From: Bdellovibrionota bacterium FG-2
Lineage (GTDB): Bacteria; Bdellovibrionota; UBA1018
Assembly (NCBI GenBank): GCA_051382305.1
Contig: JBBCAV010000331.1
Span: 1-27,961 of the forward strand
Length of the DNA: 27,961 bases
Direction of reading: 5' to 3'
Below the pieces are notes generated by a model that worked only from the letters and a program-made list of their open reading frames with translations, did not search any database and was not told the DNA's origin. This document shows positions 7,723 through 17,657 of this stretch, in pieces. Position numbers and translations under genes: made by a program. How positions within the stretch are numbered: the first letter of the stretch is position 1; each line of letters starts with the position of its first letter.

Positions 7723-9315
7723 ATGTTAGAAAAATTCGGAATCTGGTTGGATCGCTTTCCAATGAAAACCAAACTGATCGTCTCCACCTCTTTGTTCCTT
7801 CTAACCACCGTGACAGTTGGCGTGGTGAGCCAGGTTGTGATTCGCTCACTTACAAAGTCGGTCTATGGCCTCTCTTCTTCTTCTGCATCGGCCGATTGGT
7901 TATCCCAAGCTTCAATCACGAAGCCCGAGATCATTCAAAACCTCTGGATCGCATCATTTGATTATGATGCGGGCAAAAAAGCTTCGGCTTCATCCATTAA
8001 GGATATTAAGACTTCGAGCGAAAACTTTGCGGATGCGTTTCAAAAGTACGCCATCGAAGCCCCCCTCAATCCCAAAGAAAAAGAATTGTACGATAAGTTA
8101 GAGAAGACATGGGCGCCCATTAGTCTGAAGATCAAGGCGCTAAGCGCGGCTCTAACCGAAGCAAAGCTAAGTCGCGCGGAGATAAGCAGCCAAGTCGCCG
8201 CACTAAGCGACGAATGCTTGACCTTAAGCGATATCCTCTCTGAGCTAGGAACGATCGTGAAACAAAAGGGCACCGAAGCCGCCGATCAAGCCACGGCACT
8301 CAAAAAGAAAAACTTGATCTTTGCGATCGTTATTGCCGTCCTGGGCCTTGCCGTTGCGGCACTCTCCTTTGGCATCGTTTCAAAGATTTCACATTGGCTG
8401 GGCGAAATCGCAAAACGTCTGGTTTTAGAATCTCAAGCAGTCGCCTCCGCTTCAACCAGTATTGCCGCTTCAGCTGAGAAACTTTCATCTGGCTCAACTG
8501 AACAAAGTGCGGCAGTTCAAGAAACGGTTTCTTCGCTCGAAGAAGTAGGCTCAATGATCGAGAAGAACGCTGAGAATTCAAATCGATCAAAAGATCGCTC
8601 CGAGGAATGTTCTAAAGCTGCCTGCCAAGGCAAAGAATCCGTAGAAAAAGTCATTCTCGCTATGGACGAAATCAATCGAAGTAACGGCGAGATTATCGAG
8701 CAGGTCAAAAAAGGCAATCAAGAGATTTCAGACATCGTAAAAGTGATCGCTGAAATCGATACCAAGACCAAGGTCATCAATGACATCGTCTTCCAAACCA
8801 AACTTCTGTCTTTCAATGCCTCCGTTGAAGCAGCACGGGCGGGAGAACACGGCAAAGGCTTTGCCGTTGTCGCAGAAGAGGTTGGGAAACTTGCCCAAAT
8901 GAGTGGCAATGCCGCCAAAGATATCTCGGAAATGCTGGATGCGAGCATCAAGAAGGTTGAAACTATCGTTACGGGCAATCGCTCTCGAGTCGATCAATTC
9001 ATCGTTCTAGGTCGCCAGAAGGTTGACACGGGCATTCAAACAGCAAAAGAATGCGGAAGTGTTCTTGAAAACATTGTTGTAAATGTCGATGACGTTCATA
9101 AAATGATCATCGAGATCGCAACCGCTACCCAAGAGCAAGCCCTCGGGGTTGGCCAGATTAAGCAAGCGATGAATCAGATTGAGCAGGCAACAATTCAAAA
9201 CTCTGATGTTTCACACCAGTCCGCAGCAATGGCCAAACAACTCACCGGACAATCAGAGAATTTGAAAACAATTGTTAGCGATTTAGAGTCTCTCGTTAAC
9301 GGACAATCGGAATGA
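7723..9315 (+). CDS. Methyl-accepting chemotaxis protein with periplasmic helical (4HB-like) sensor domain
   Basis: Two TM segments flanking a ~160-aa helical region, and the signalling hairpin IVFQTKLLSFNASVEAARAGEHGKGFAVVAEEV. RBS AAGGTGGAG. Confidence 0.95.
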   Translation: MLEKFGIWLDRFPMKTKLIVSTSLFLLTTVTVGVVSQVVIRSLTKSVYGLSSSSASADWLSQASITKPEIIQNLWIASFDYDAGKKASASSIKDIKTSSENFADAFQKYAIEAPLNPKEKELYDKLEKTWAPISLKIKALSAALTEAKLSRAEISSQVAALSDECLTLSDILSELGTIVKQKGTEAADQATALKKKNLIFAIVIAVLGLAVAALSFGIVSKISHWLGEIAKRLVLESQAVASASTSIAASAEKLSSGSTEQSAAVQETVSSLEEVGSMIEKNAENSNRSKDRSEECSKAACQGKESVEKVILAMDEINRSNGEIIEQVKKGNQEISDIVKVIAEIDTKTKVINDIVFQTKLLSFNASVEAARAGEHGKGFAVVAEEVGKLAQMSGNAAKDISEMLDASIKKVETIVTGNRSRVDQFIVLGRQKVDTGIQTAKECGSVLENIVVNVDDVHKMIIEIATATQEQALGVGQIKQAMNQIEQATIQNSDVSHQSAAMAKQLTGQSENLKTIVSDLESLVNGQSE

Positions 9316-9319
9316 CGAT

Positions 9320-11092
9320 CTAGGCTTCCCCCGGAAACCGACAAACAAAACTCGCCCCCTGCCCCACCGTACTCTCAACCCACACGGATCCGTCGTGGCG
9401 TTGCATGATGTGTTTGACAATAGCAAGCCCTAACCCCGTCCCTCCAAGCTCGCGGGACCTAGCCTTATCGACTCGGTAAAAGCGCTCAAAAAGCCTTTCA
9501 TGATGCTCTGCCGGGATCCCTGGCCCCGAATCCGAAACCTTTAGGAGAACCTCATTTGAAGGAGTCTTCTCCCAACTCAACTTAATCTGTCCTCCCGAGG
9601 GAGTATACTTAGCAGCATTATCCAAAAGATTAACCAACACTTGCTCTAAGCGAGTGGCATCAGCGTAAACGCTCGAAACTGCGGCCTGAACTGCAACTTT
9701 TTGCTTCTTAGCCTCAAATGCGCCACTGAGCTGTTTCAGAACCCGAGTACTGATTTCTTCAGTACTCAATTCGGCTCTTTGCAAATTATCCGCATTAGCA
9801 TCTAAAGAAGAGAGATCCAGCAAATCATTGATTAGACTCATCAGGCGCGCCGTATTGCGACTGATCACTTCAACAAACTCTTTTGAAACCGCGCGCCCCT
9901 GCCCAATGTCCTGCTCGAGTGTATCGGTGTAACCTTTAATGGCGGTTAAGGGAGTTCGAAGTTCATGGGATACGTTTGCCACAAAATCAATTCGAATTTG
10001 CTCAGCCTTCTTTAGCGCCGTGACATCATGAAACACCCCAACCGCTCCGTAGACGCCCCCGATAGAAGTCCTTCGTAAGGGCGCCACTGACAACGAAAAA
10101 AACCTCCGCCCCTCACTATGATCAAAGCCGTGCGCGCTGATCGAGCTGTTTCTCCCCTCTGTTAAAGCCATCCGAAATGCATCCAATACTTCAGGATCCC
10201 GAAAAAGTTCCCACAACCTTACCCTGCCCGCTCGAAGCGCTTGCCCACCAAAAAGCACGGCAAAACGGCTATTATAGAACAGCGGCGTACCCTCTAAATC
10301 AACAGCTATGATCGCGTCCGATATAGCGCTCATAAGCGTCGCTTGCTCATCGCGCTCGCGATTCAAGTTTTCGGCCTTCGCTTCGAGGTCACGTCGAATA
10401 TTCTCAAGCGATGAATCAAGCTCAGACAATTCCCCAAAGGTGTCTTCTTCAAATCGCTCATCACTCGCCTGATTATGAGCTACATTCTCAGCTTTGAGCA
10501 AAAGGCGCCCCAACGGCAATGCCAATTTTCGCCCAGACCAAAGCGCAAAACCACCCAGCACCAACCCAATCAAAACCAAAAACCCCATCAAAGACGAATC
10601 CAAAACCTGCAGAGTCGCCATGAGATTTGAAAGCGGAATCGCGCCCCTTAAAATCACGCTTTTACTTTTTATGTTAAGCGCGCCATAAAGCATTCTCTCG
10701 CTTAATGTCTCGCTATACCGAACGCTCTGACCAAACCCAGATGAAGAACTGAGCGCCGCCTGCACCTCAGGTCTGCGCAAATGATTTTCCATCGTTTGAA
10801 CTCCATGATGCGAATCACAAAGCACCTGACCACTGGGCGAAATAAGAGTTAAACGAAAGGTCGAGTCGTGAGAGTGGGAGACGCAGCATTGAGCGGTAAC
10901 ATTCGCTGGCAAATCATCTGACAAACGCTCCAAGGTCACGTGAAGCTGAGACTCTACTTGCGCAAGGAACTGTCGCTTATAAAAATAGCGCGCAGCAACC
11001 CCCGAAACAGCAACTGCCACAAGTACGAGAAGGGCTTGAATCAGCACAATTCGTGAAAACAGTCGCCATGGGAATTTCTTGGAATTAGTCAC
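9320..11092 (-). CDS. phoR: Phosphate regulon sensor histidine kinase
   Basis: Two TMs, periplasmic MENH..RPEV, PAS domain, H-box FVANVSHELRTPLT, and N/G boxes (NLLDNA, DSGPGI, GGTGLGL). Last gene of the pst-pho operon. Confidence 0.92.
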   Translation of the reverse strand: MTNSKKFPWRLFSRIVLIQALLVLVAVAVSGVAARYFYKRQFLAQVESQLHVTLERLSDDLPANVTAQCCVSHSHDSTFRLTLISPSGQVLCDSHHGVQTMENHLRRPEVQAALSSSSGFGQSVRYSETLSERMLYGALNIKSKSVILRGAIPLSNLMATLQVLDSSLMGFLVLIGLVLGGFALWSGRKLALPLGRLLLKAENVAHNQASDERFEEDTFGELSELDSSLENIRRDLEAKAENLNRERDEQATLMSAISDAIIAVDLEGTPLFYNSRFAVLFGGQALRAGRVRLWELFRDPEVLDAFRMALTEGRNSSISAHGFDHSEGRRFFSLSVAPLRRTSIGGVYGAVGVFHDVTALKKAEQIRIDFVANVSHELRTPLTAIKGYTDTLEQDIGQGRAVSKEFVEVISRNTARLMSLINDLLDLSSLDANADNLQRAELSTEEISTRVLKQLSGAFEAKKQKVAVQAAVSSVYADATRLEQVLVNLLDNAAKYTPSGGQIKLSWEKTPSNEVLLKVSDSGPGIPAEHHERLFERFYRVDKARSRELGGTGLGLAIVKHIMQRHDGSVWVESTVGQGASFVCRFPGEA

Positions 11093-11093
11093 G

Positions 11094-11774
11094 CTATTCT
11101 TTTCCGGCCTTCACGCGATACCCCACTCCACGAATGGTTTCGATAACTTCGGCACACGCCCCAAGTTTCTTTCTTAGCCCAAACACATGGGTATCCACGG
11201 TCCGATCCGTCACACTTACGCCCTCACCCTGCACGTGCTCAATTAGTTTGTCACGGGAAAGCACGCGACCCCTATTTGCCAAAAGTGCCACAAGAAGCTT
11301 GAATTCTGAGGTCGTAAGCCCAACTTCTTCGCCGGCACAAAATACCTTATGCTCGCCTAAGCTTACCTTAAGATCTCCAATGCTAAATCCGGCCTCGGCA
11401 GAGCCCTTCGAAACCTCCAGCCCCCTCCGCAGCAGCGCCTTCACTCGCGCAAGAAACACAGGGATCTCAAATGGCTTAGTAACATAATCATCGGCGCCTG
11501 ATTCAAGCCCACGAACAATATCAGCTGAGTCCGCGCGCGCGGTGACCATAAGAATAGGCAACTTCCCACGAAAAGTTTTGCAAAGTTCTAGCCCTGATAT
11601 GCCAGGAAGCATCCAATCCAAAACGGCCAGATCAAATTTCCCTTCCGAAAAAAGACCAAGGCCCAACTCCCCGTTTTCCGCGCCCATGGCTTCAAAGCCC
11701 TCACGCTTGAGGTGCAAGAGCATCAGCGTTCGAATGTCGGCTTCGTCTTCAACGACAAGAATTCGGCTGCTCAT
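11094..11774 (-). CDS. phoB: OmpR/PhoB-family response regulator
   Basis: Receiver domain (VVEDE, LDWMLP, KPF) plus wHTH (RTVDTHV, ETIRGVGY), located between phoU and phoR. Confidence 0.9.
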   Translation of the reverse strand: MSSRILVVEDEADIRTLMLLHLKREGFEAMGAENGELGLGLFSEGKFDLAVLDWMLPGISGLELCKTFRGKLPILMVTARADSADIVRGLESGADDYVTKPFEIPVFLARVKALLRRGLEVSKGSAEAGFSIGDLKVSLGEHKVFCAGEEVGLTTSEFKLLVALLANRGRVLSRDKLIEHVQGEGVSVTDRTVDTHVFGLRKKLGACAEVIETIRGVGYRVKAGKE

Positions 11775-12460
11775 TTGGTCTCCAAAGCCTTTTTTATGGC
11801 TTGCACGCTCCCAGAATGCCTAATGTCCTCACCGGTTATCGCAAAAATTACGTCCTCGGCAATATTGGTCGCATGATCGCCAATCCGTTCCAAGTTTCTT
11901 GCGATGAGGATCAGGCTTAGACCCTGTTCGATCATTTCGGGTTGAGCCTTCAAATGCTCCAGTACATCCATGAAAATCTTATTCTTGAGCGCATCCACTT
12001 TATCATCGCGACTTAATACCTCGCGAGCCAAAGCTTCATCGGTTTTCACAAACGAATCAATTGCAGCCCTAACCATAACCCGCACTTCTTCTGCCATCAC
12101 TGGCAAATCAATGAGGGGCTTAAGGGGTTGGCCTTTAATATAGCGATCACTGTTGTGCGCAATATTTTCAGCTTGATCGCCCATTCGCTCTAAATCCGTA
12201 TTGATCTTGATGATCGCAACAATGAGCCTAAGATCGGCCGCCAGTGGCTGCTGCAGGGCCAGGAGCTTCAGGCAAGAATTATCCACGGCCTTATGAGCTT
12301 GATTCACCTTCTTCTCCATCTCATGAACATGCGCAATCTTGGTCAGATCCCTTTTTTGAAGCGCCTGGGTTGCATCATCAATCGCACGCTCCACAAGCCC
12401 TGCCATCGCCACCAACTGCTCTTTTAGCTCTCTTAGGGAAACATCAAAATGCCGCTCCAT
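11771..12460 (-). CDS. phoU: Phosphate signalling complex protein PhoU
   Basis: QQPLAADLR, DLERMGD and LERIGDHATNIAE repeats. Confidence 0.96.
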   Translation of the reverse strand: MERHFDVSLRELKEQLVAMAGLVERAIDDATQALQKRDLTKIAHVHEMEKKVNQAHKAVDNSCLKLLALQQPLAADLRLIVAIIKINTDLERMGDQAENIAHNSDRYIKGQPLKPLIDLPVMAEEVRVMVRAAIDSFVKTDEALAREVLSRDDKVDALKNKIFMDVLEHLKAQPEMIEQGLSLILIARNLERIGDHATNIAEDVIFAITGEDIRHSGSVQAIKKALETK

Positions 12461-13218
12461 TACCCAAACCTCCCCGTAATGTATCGCTCCGTTCTTTGAT
12501 CCTTCGGAGCGGTAAATAGGTCTGACGTCTCGCCGTATTCAATCATTTCACCTAAAAGAAAAAACGCCGTCTTATCCGAAATCCGCGCAGCCTGCTGCAT
12601 ATTATGAGTCACAATCACGATCGTGACGGCTTTCTTAAGTTCGGTCATGAGCTCTTCGATCTTCGCCGTCGAAATCGGGTCCAAAGCGCTCGTAGGCTCA
12701 TCCATTAGCAAAACCGAGGGTTCAACCGCCAAAGCGCGTGCAATACAAAGTCGCTGCTGCTGCCCCCCTGAGAGACTCGTGCCTTGTGAATTGAGCTTAT
12801 CCTTCACTTCATCCCAAAGGGCCGCAAGTTTTAGGCTGCGCTCAACCGTTTCGCGAAGGATGGCCCCACGTCTCACCCCTGCCAATTTCAACCCAATCGC
12901 GACGTTATCAAAGATTGAGAGTGAGGGAAACGGATTGGGCTTTTGAAAGACCATTCCGACTTTGCGTCGGATCGCCACGGGATCAACATCGGACGCATAA
13001 ATGTCATGTCCTTGAAGGAAAACCTTGCCCGCAGCAGTAGCCTCCGCCACTTCTTCGTGAAGGCGATTGAGGCATCGAATAAATGTTGATTTGCCACAAC
13101 CCGAAGGCCCAATGATGGCCGACACTGTAAACTCATCAAAATCCATTTGTATGTTTTTCAGGACTTGCGTGGATCCAAATGAAGCACTGAGATTTTGAGT
13201 TGAAAGCAAAGAATACAT
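12460..13218 (-). CDS. pstB: Phosphate ABC transporter ATP-binding protein
   Basis: [32 protein letters not shown] and C-terminal YITGRFG. Confidence 0.97.
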   Translation of the reverse strand: MYSLLSTQNLSASFGSTQVLKNIQMDFDEFTVSAIIGPSGCGKSTFIRCLNRLHEEVAEATAAGKVFLQGHDIYASDVDPVAIRRKVGMVFQKPNPFPSLSIFDNVAIGLKLAGVRRGAILRETVERSLKLAALWDEVKDKLNSQGTSLSGGQQQRLCIARALAVEPSVLLMDEPTSALDPISTAKIEELMTELKKAVTIVIVTHNMQQAARISDKTAFFLLGEMIEYGETSDLFTAPKDQRTERYITGRFG

Positions 13219-13249
13219 TAATCATCATTCCTATTCTTTGGCCCTCTTT

Positions 13250-14140
13250 TTAGGCCTGTTTTTTTGAACTCCCGCCAGAATGCAATACCACTCGAGTCAA
13301 CAAATTCATAGCAAACACGAGCAGCACCAAAAGCAAAGCGCCCGCCCAAGCCTGCCTATGCCAATCATCGTAGGGACTAATGGCGTAAGTATAGATTTGA
13401 ACTGGGAGGGAAGCAATCGGTTGATCCAGTCCACTTTGCCAAAAACGATTATTAAACGCCGTAAACAAAAGAGGAGCGGTTTCGCCGGAGACTCTCGCAA
13501 TTGAGAGCATGATGCCGGTGGTGATCGGACCCCGACTACCCTTGAGAATAATCCACAAAATGACTTTCCACCGTGGGAGCCCCAAAGCCAAGCCCGCCTC
13601 TCGAATGTGCTCGGGAATCATTTTAAGAAGTTCCTCATTCGTCCGACAAACCGTCGGAATCATCAAGATCCCGAGAGCCAAACCTCCCGCAATGGCCGAA
13701 AATCGTTTCATGGTTATAACCACGAGCGCGTAAACAAAAAGGCCCACGATAATCGAAGGAATGCTCGAAAGCATGTCCGCACTAAAGCGCACCACGCTGG
13801 CCAACCGGCCGCGCCCTTGTTTTCCCCCGTATTCGGACAAATACAACGCAACGGACACGCCCCAAGGGATCCCAATCAATGAGGCCAACGCGACCAATGT
13901 ACAAGTGCCCAAAAGTGCATTGGCCATCCCACCACCGATCTCACCCACGGGCTTTGGAACTTCGGTGAAAAATGCCCAATTAAGCGCTGAATACCCCTGC
14001 GACACAACATAGCCAAACACACTAAAGAGCGGAAAAATCGCGGCGATCGCCGCCAACACCAAAAGCCCACTCATTAAAGCATTGATGGTTTTTCTTTTCC
14101 GGTAACTGCGAAAAATGTAGTCTGCAAAATGGCGTTGCAC
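13250..14140 (-). CDS. pstA: Phosphate ABC transporter permease PstA
   Basis: PSIIVGLF, REAGLALG and ARVSGETAPLL motifs. Start reassigned to GTG 14140, which has a GGAGG RBS and a TAGTG overlap with the pstC stop. Confidence 0.94.
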   Translation of the reverse strand: MQRHFADYIFRSYRKRKTINALMSGLLVLAAIAAIFPLFSVFGYVVSQGYSALNWAFFTEVPKPVGEIGGGMANALLGTCTLVALASLIGIPWGVSVALYLSEYGGKQGRGRLASVVRFSADMLSSIPSIIVGLFVYALVVITMKRFSAIAGGLALGILMIPTVCRTNEELLKMIPEHIREAGLALGLPRWKVILWIILKGSRGPITTGIMLSIARVSGETAPLLFTAFNNRFWQSGLDQPIASLPVQIYTYAISPYDDWHRQAWAGALLLVLLVFAMNLLTRVVLHSGGSSKKQA

Positions 14141-15117
14141 TATTTCGCGCCTCCAGGCGAACCAGATGGTGCGCCCCAACGAAATCCCCGAGAAATGAAC
14201 AATCGGGCGAGACTGTTAATGATGAATGTTACCGCAAAGAGCAGGAGTCCTACTTCAACCAGCGCGGCGACATGGAAGTCACTCGTCGCTTCGGCATACT
14301 CATTGGCAATGATACTGGCCATGGTAGAGCCCGGCGCAAACAAAGATGCAGAAACCTCATGACGATTGCCAATGAGCATTGTGACTGCCATGGTCTCACC
14401 CAACGCTCGTCCTAAACCCAAAATCACGGCGCCGATGATTCCGCGCCTTGCACTTTGTAAAACGGATAACCTCATCATCTCCCAGCGAGTCGAGCCCAGA
14501 GCCAGCGCCGCTTCACGCTGCACACGAGGGATTGCAATGAAAATCTCACGCGAAATGCTTGAGATCGTGGGCGTGATCATGATGGCAAGAATAATCCCGG
14601 CAGCCAACATCCCTACCCCATAAGGAGCGCCTTGAAAAAAAGGCAAAAACCCCAGAGTTTTTGCAAGAAACGGTTCTACGGTAATTCTGAGCCAAGGCGC
14701 CAAGACAAATATCCCCCACAAGCCATAAACTACGCTCGGAATCGCGGCCAACATCTCTACGAGAAACCCCACAATCCTGCCCACACGCGTGGGCGCAATC
14801 TCCGTCAAAAACAACGCCACTCCGACACTCAAAGGAGTTGATATAAGAATGGCAATAAAAGAAGAAACCACGGTTCCGTAGACGACTGAGATGGCGCCAT
14901 AGACGTCATTAACCGGATCCCAAACTGAGGTCATGACAAAACTCCAGCCCTGCTTGTGAATCAAAGGTAGAGCATGGTGAAAAAGATAATAAGCTATAGA
15001 AACGAGAAGCAAAACTAGGGCAACCGAGGGCACCTTCAAAATGAAGGCAAACACTCGATCGCCTAGGTGAACTTCGCGCGACTTCTTATTCGAGTGGTTA
15101 TTTAGTTTGGATCTCAT
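14140..15117 (-). CDS. pstC: Phosphate ABC transporter permease PstC
   Basis: AIPSVVYGLWG, REAALALG and GRALGETMAV motifs. Start uncertain; ATG 15117 chosen. Confidence 0.94.
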   Translation of the reverse strand: MRSKLNNHSNKKSREVHLGDRVFAFILKVPSVALVLLLVSIAYYLFHHALPLIHKQGWSFVMTSVWDPVNDVYGAISVVYGTVVSSFIAILISTPLSVGVALFLTEIAPTRVGRIVGFLVEMLAAIPSVVYGLWGIFVLAPWLRITVEPFLAKTLGFLPFFQGAPYGVGMLAAGIILAIMITPTISSISREIFIAIPRVQREAALALGSTRWEMMRLSVLQSARRGIIGAVILGLGRALGETMAVTMLIGNRHEVSASLFAPGSTMASIIANEYAEATSDFHVAALVEVGLLLFAVTFIINSLARLFISRGFRWGAPSGSPGGAK

Positions 15118-16126
15118 TAATACGAGCCTCGACCTTGGCAAGCATGGCTTTCGGAAGTGGCGCATAAGATAAAGGCTCAGCTCCCGCTTGTCCCTCTTTG
15201 ATGGCCCAATGGAGAAACTTCACAAGTTTTGCGCCTTTGTCTTTAAACTGTTCAAGAGACATGGACTTGTAAACCAGCAAATACGTAAGGCCGCTTATCG
15301 GATAGGCCTCCTTGCCCTCAGCGTCGGTGATAGAAACCCGAAAATCAGCAGGCATTGATTTCAGTGATCCGGCTGCGGCAGCGCTCACACTTTTTGTATT
15401 GGCTTCAACGACATTCCCCGCCTTGTTTTTCAAAGTCGCGTACGAAAGCTGATTGTTCTTCGCATATATCAACTCGACGTATCCAAGCGCACCCGGCGTT
15501 TGTTTAACGAGACCCGTTACCCCTTCGTTGCCTTTACCCCCTAAACCCACGGGCCAATTCACGGCCGTTCCTGCCCCCACTTTGGTTTTCCACACGGGAC
15601 TGACTTTTGACAAATAATCGGTAAAAATCCCGGAAGTCCCACTGCCATCCGATCGATGCACGACGAGTACCGCGTCTTCTGGAAGTTTCAAGCCAGGATT
15701 AAGCCCCGCAATTTTGGGATCGCTCCATTTGGTAATTTTACCCAAAAAGATTTCAGAAACTGTTTGAGCATTCAACGTAAGTCCCGTTGCGACGCCCCGA
15801 ACATTATAAGTCAAAACCACCGCTCCCAGAACCGTGGGAATATGAACAACCGGAATCGACGATTTATTCATTTGCTCCTCCGTCATCGGAGAGTCGGTTG
15901 CTCCAAAATCTACCGTTTTTTCCAAAAACTGGCGGATGCCCCCACCGCTTCCGATGGACTGATAATTGATCTGGGTCTCAGGTTCGATCTTTTGATACTC
16001 CGAGAACCATTTGGAGTAGAGCGGATAAGGGAATGTCGCCCCTGCGCCGTTTATAATATTTGCGGCATGGGCCAATGAGCCCAAGGAAAAAGAAAGTGTA
16101 ATCATGAGTGCGCTAAATCTTTTCAT
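15098..16126 (-). CDS. pstS: Phosphate ABC transporter substrate-binding protein
   Basis: Signal peptide, GAGATFPYP, GSGGG, RSDGSGT and GKGNEGV motifs. RBS GGAGG. Confidence 0.97.
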   Translation of the reverse strand: MKRFSALMITLSFSLGSLAHAANIINGAGATFPYPLYSKWFSEYQKIEPETQINYQSIGSGGGIRQFLEKTVDFGATDSPMTEEQMNKSSIPVVHIPTVLGAVVLTYNVRGVATGLTLNAQTVSEIFLGKITKWSDPKIAGLNPGLKLPEDAVLVVHRSDGSGTSGIFTDYLSKVSPVWKTKVGAGTAVNWPVGLGGKGNEGVTGLVKQTPGALGYVELIYAKNNQLSYATLKNKAGNVVEANTKSVSAAAAGSLKSMPADFRVSITDAEGKEAYPISGLTYLLVYKSMSLEQFKDKGAKLVKFLHWAIKEGQAGAEPLSYAPLPKAMLAKVEARINEIQTK

Positions 16127-16146
16127 AAAGCCTCCGGTTGCTCATC

Positions 16147-16190
16147 ACCCTAACGTAATCGGGGGCTCTCGTGTGTCAGGGTTGTGTTAG
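16147..16190 (-). promoter_or_regulatory. Pho-box-like direct repeat plus -10 upstream of pstS
   Basis: Minus strand: CTAACAC-AACC-CTGACAC (16190-16173), 20 nt, TAGGGT (16152-16147). The 7-4-7 layout with 11-bp period is typical of PhoB boxes. Confidence 0.65.
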
Positions 16191-17035
16191 GAAACGAATA
16201 TCTGCGCCAACGCGCTCTCAAGATCGGGATACTTGAAGGTAAACCCCGCCTGCAGCGCCTTCTCCGGAAGCACGCGCGCGCTTCCTAATAAAAGCTGAGA
16301 CATTTGGCCCAAAGCGCCCTTAAGGACAAAGACCGGAACTCTGAGCGCAGGAAATAAAACGGCCGGCACCCCCTTTGCTTTTGCAAAAAGCCGCGTAAAA
16401 TCCTTGTTTCGCACGGGCTCAGGAGAGACGAGATTGAAAGGACCGGTGATCTGATTTGAAAGGGCAAACGAAATAAAACGAACCTCATCCTCCAAATGAA
16501 TCCAACTCATCCACTGCTGACCTGATCCCAAAACAACGGGCTGCATTTTCGCCAAGACGCCTCCACCACGTCCGAGGACCACACCCGTCCGAAGCAGAAC
16601 CACGCGTACACCCAGCGATTCAGCGCCCATTGCCTCTCGCTCCCACTCACTTGTAACTTCCGCCAAGAAGTCATTTCCGGCGGAACTTGATTCACGAAGC
16701 ATTTCATCACCACGGTCGCCATACACCCCGATTGCCGAAGCTGAGACCAGTACTTTCGGGCGCAGCTCCGGAGAAATCAACGCAAGCGCTTGCACAAGTT
16801 CTCGTGTTCCCAAGACGCGGGAATCCCGAATCCGTTGCCGCGTCGCCAGATTCCAACGACGAGCAGCGATCGGCTCGCCCGCCAGATGAATGATTGCATC
16901 CTGACCGGAGAGAATTTCTTTTAATGCTGAAACGGGATTTCGCACCAACGCCGTGATCTCATGCCCCTGATGCACTAATTCTAAAACTGCGGCTCTTCCG
17001 ATAAAGCCCGTGGCACCTGTGATTACGCATGTCAT
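16187..17035 (-). CDS. TIGR01777/YfcH-like NAD-dependent epimerase (atypical SDR, DUF1731 C-terminus)
   Basis: ITGATGFIG, HLAGEPI..RW, SASAIGVYG, WMSWIH and P..L...GFTFKYP motifs. RBS GGGAGG. Confidence 0.9.
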   Translation of the reverse strand: MTCVITGATGFIGRAAVLELVHQGHEITALVRNPVSALKEILSGQDAIIHLAGEPIAARRWNLATRQRIRDSRVLGTRELVQALALISPELRPKVLVSASAIGVYGDRGDEMLRESSSAGNDFLAEVTSEWEREAMGAESLGVRVVLLRTGVVLGRGGGVLAKMQPVVLGSGQQWMSWIHLEDEVRFISFALSNQITGPFNLVSPEPVRNKDFTRLFAKAKGVPAVLFPALRVPVFVLKGALGQMSQLLLGSARVLPEKALQAGFTFKYPDLESALAQIFVS

Positions 17036-17238
17036 AAATGGCCTCCCTCTGAGTCTAGCTGAAGTATAACGGGATATGCACTCAAGGGGCCAGGGGGCAT
17101 GCCGTGATTGAGAAAGAGAAATAACACAAGGTCATGCAGCGCAAGAAGAGTCCCAACCTGTATCGATACGGAGCGGTTGCGTTATTTTTAATGCCACGTT
17201 ATTAATGATAAATTTACGATTGCTGCCTTGAGCGAGTC

Positions 17239-17634
17239 TCACTCCAGCAGCTCGATCTCATAGCCATCCGGATCATCGACAAAGGCCATCGAGCGTTTCT
17301 TATCCGGTGTAAGCCCCGGGCCCCAACTCAGGTCATAGCCGCTGGCCCTTAACCTTTCACGCACTTTTTCAACTGAATCTACGCGAAAAGCCATGTGTCC
17401 ATAGCCATCACCACGCGTGTACTGAGTCACTCCCCAATTATGGGTCAGTTCCAAAAGCGGCGCGCTCGCACCCGGCGCGTTTTCTTCGCTTGCAGCGGAG
17501 CTCAAAAAAACGAGGGTAAACTTCTCTTCTGGGAATTCGTTGCGCTTAACCACACGAAACCCCAAGCCTTGAATGTAGAAGTGCAGCGATTTTTCAAGAT
17601 CCGTAACCCGAATCATGGTGTGAAGGTAGCGCAT
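17239..17634 (-). CDS. gloA: Lactoylglutathione lyase (glyoxalase I, VOC family)
   Basis: LHTMIRV, LELTHNW, GYGHMAF and DPDGYEIEL motifs. Start at ATG 17634 with GGAG RBS. Confidence 0.88.
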   Translation of the reverse strand: MRYLHTMIRVTDLEKSLHFYIQGLGFRVVKRNEFPEEKFTLVFLSSAASEENAPGASAPLLELTHNWGVTQYTRGDGYGHMAFRVDSVEKVRERLRASGYDLSWGPGLTPDKKRSMAFVDDPDGYEIELLE

Positions 17635-17657
17635 AAACTCCACTCAAAAGTTTCGAA

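Noticed and set aside
9320-16126. pstSCAB-phoU-phoB-phoR single operon as a novelty
   Set aside because: This is a well-known system, and the fused arrangement occurs in many bacteria.
17039-17092. RBS-sequestering hairpin or riboswitch upstream of the epimerase
   Set aside because: Pairing (TGGCC/GGCCA, TGAGT/ACTCA) is bulged, and a TATACT -10 inside the loop suggests the upstream arm is not transcribed. It matches no riboswitch I recognise.
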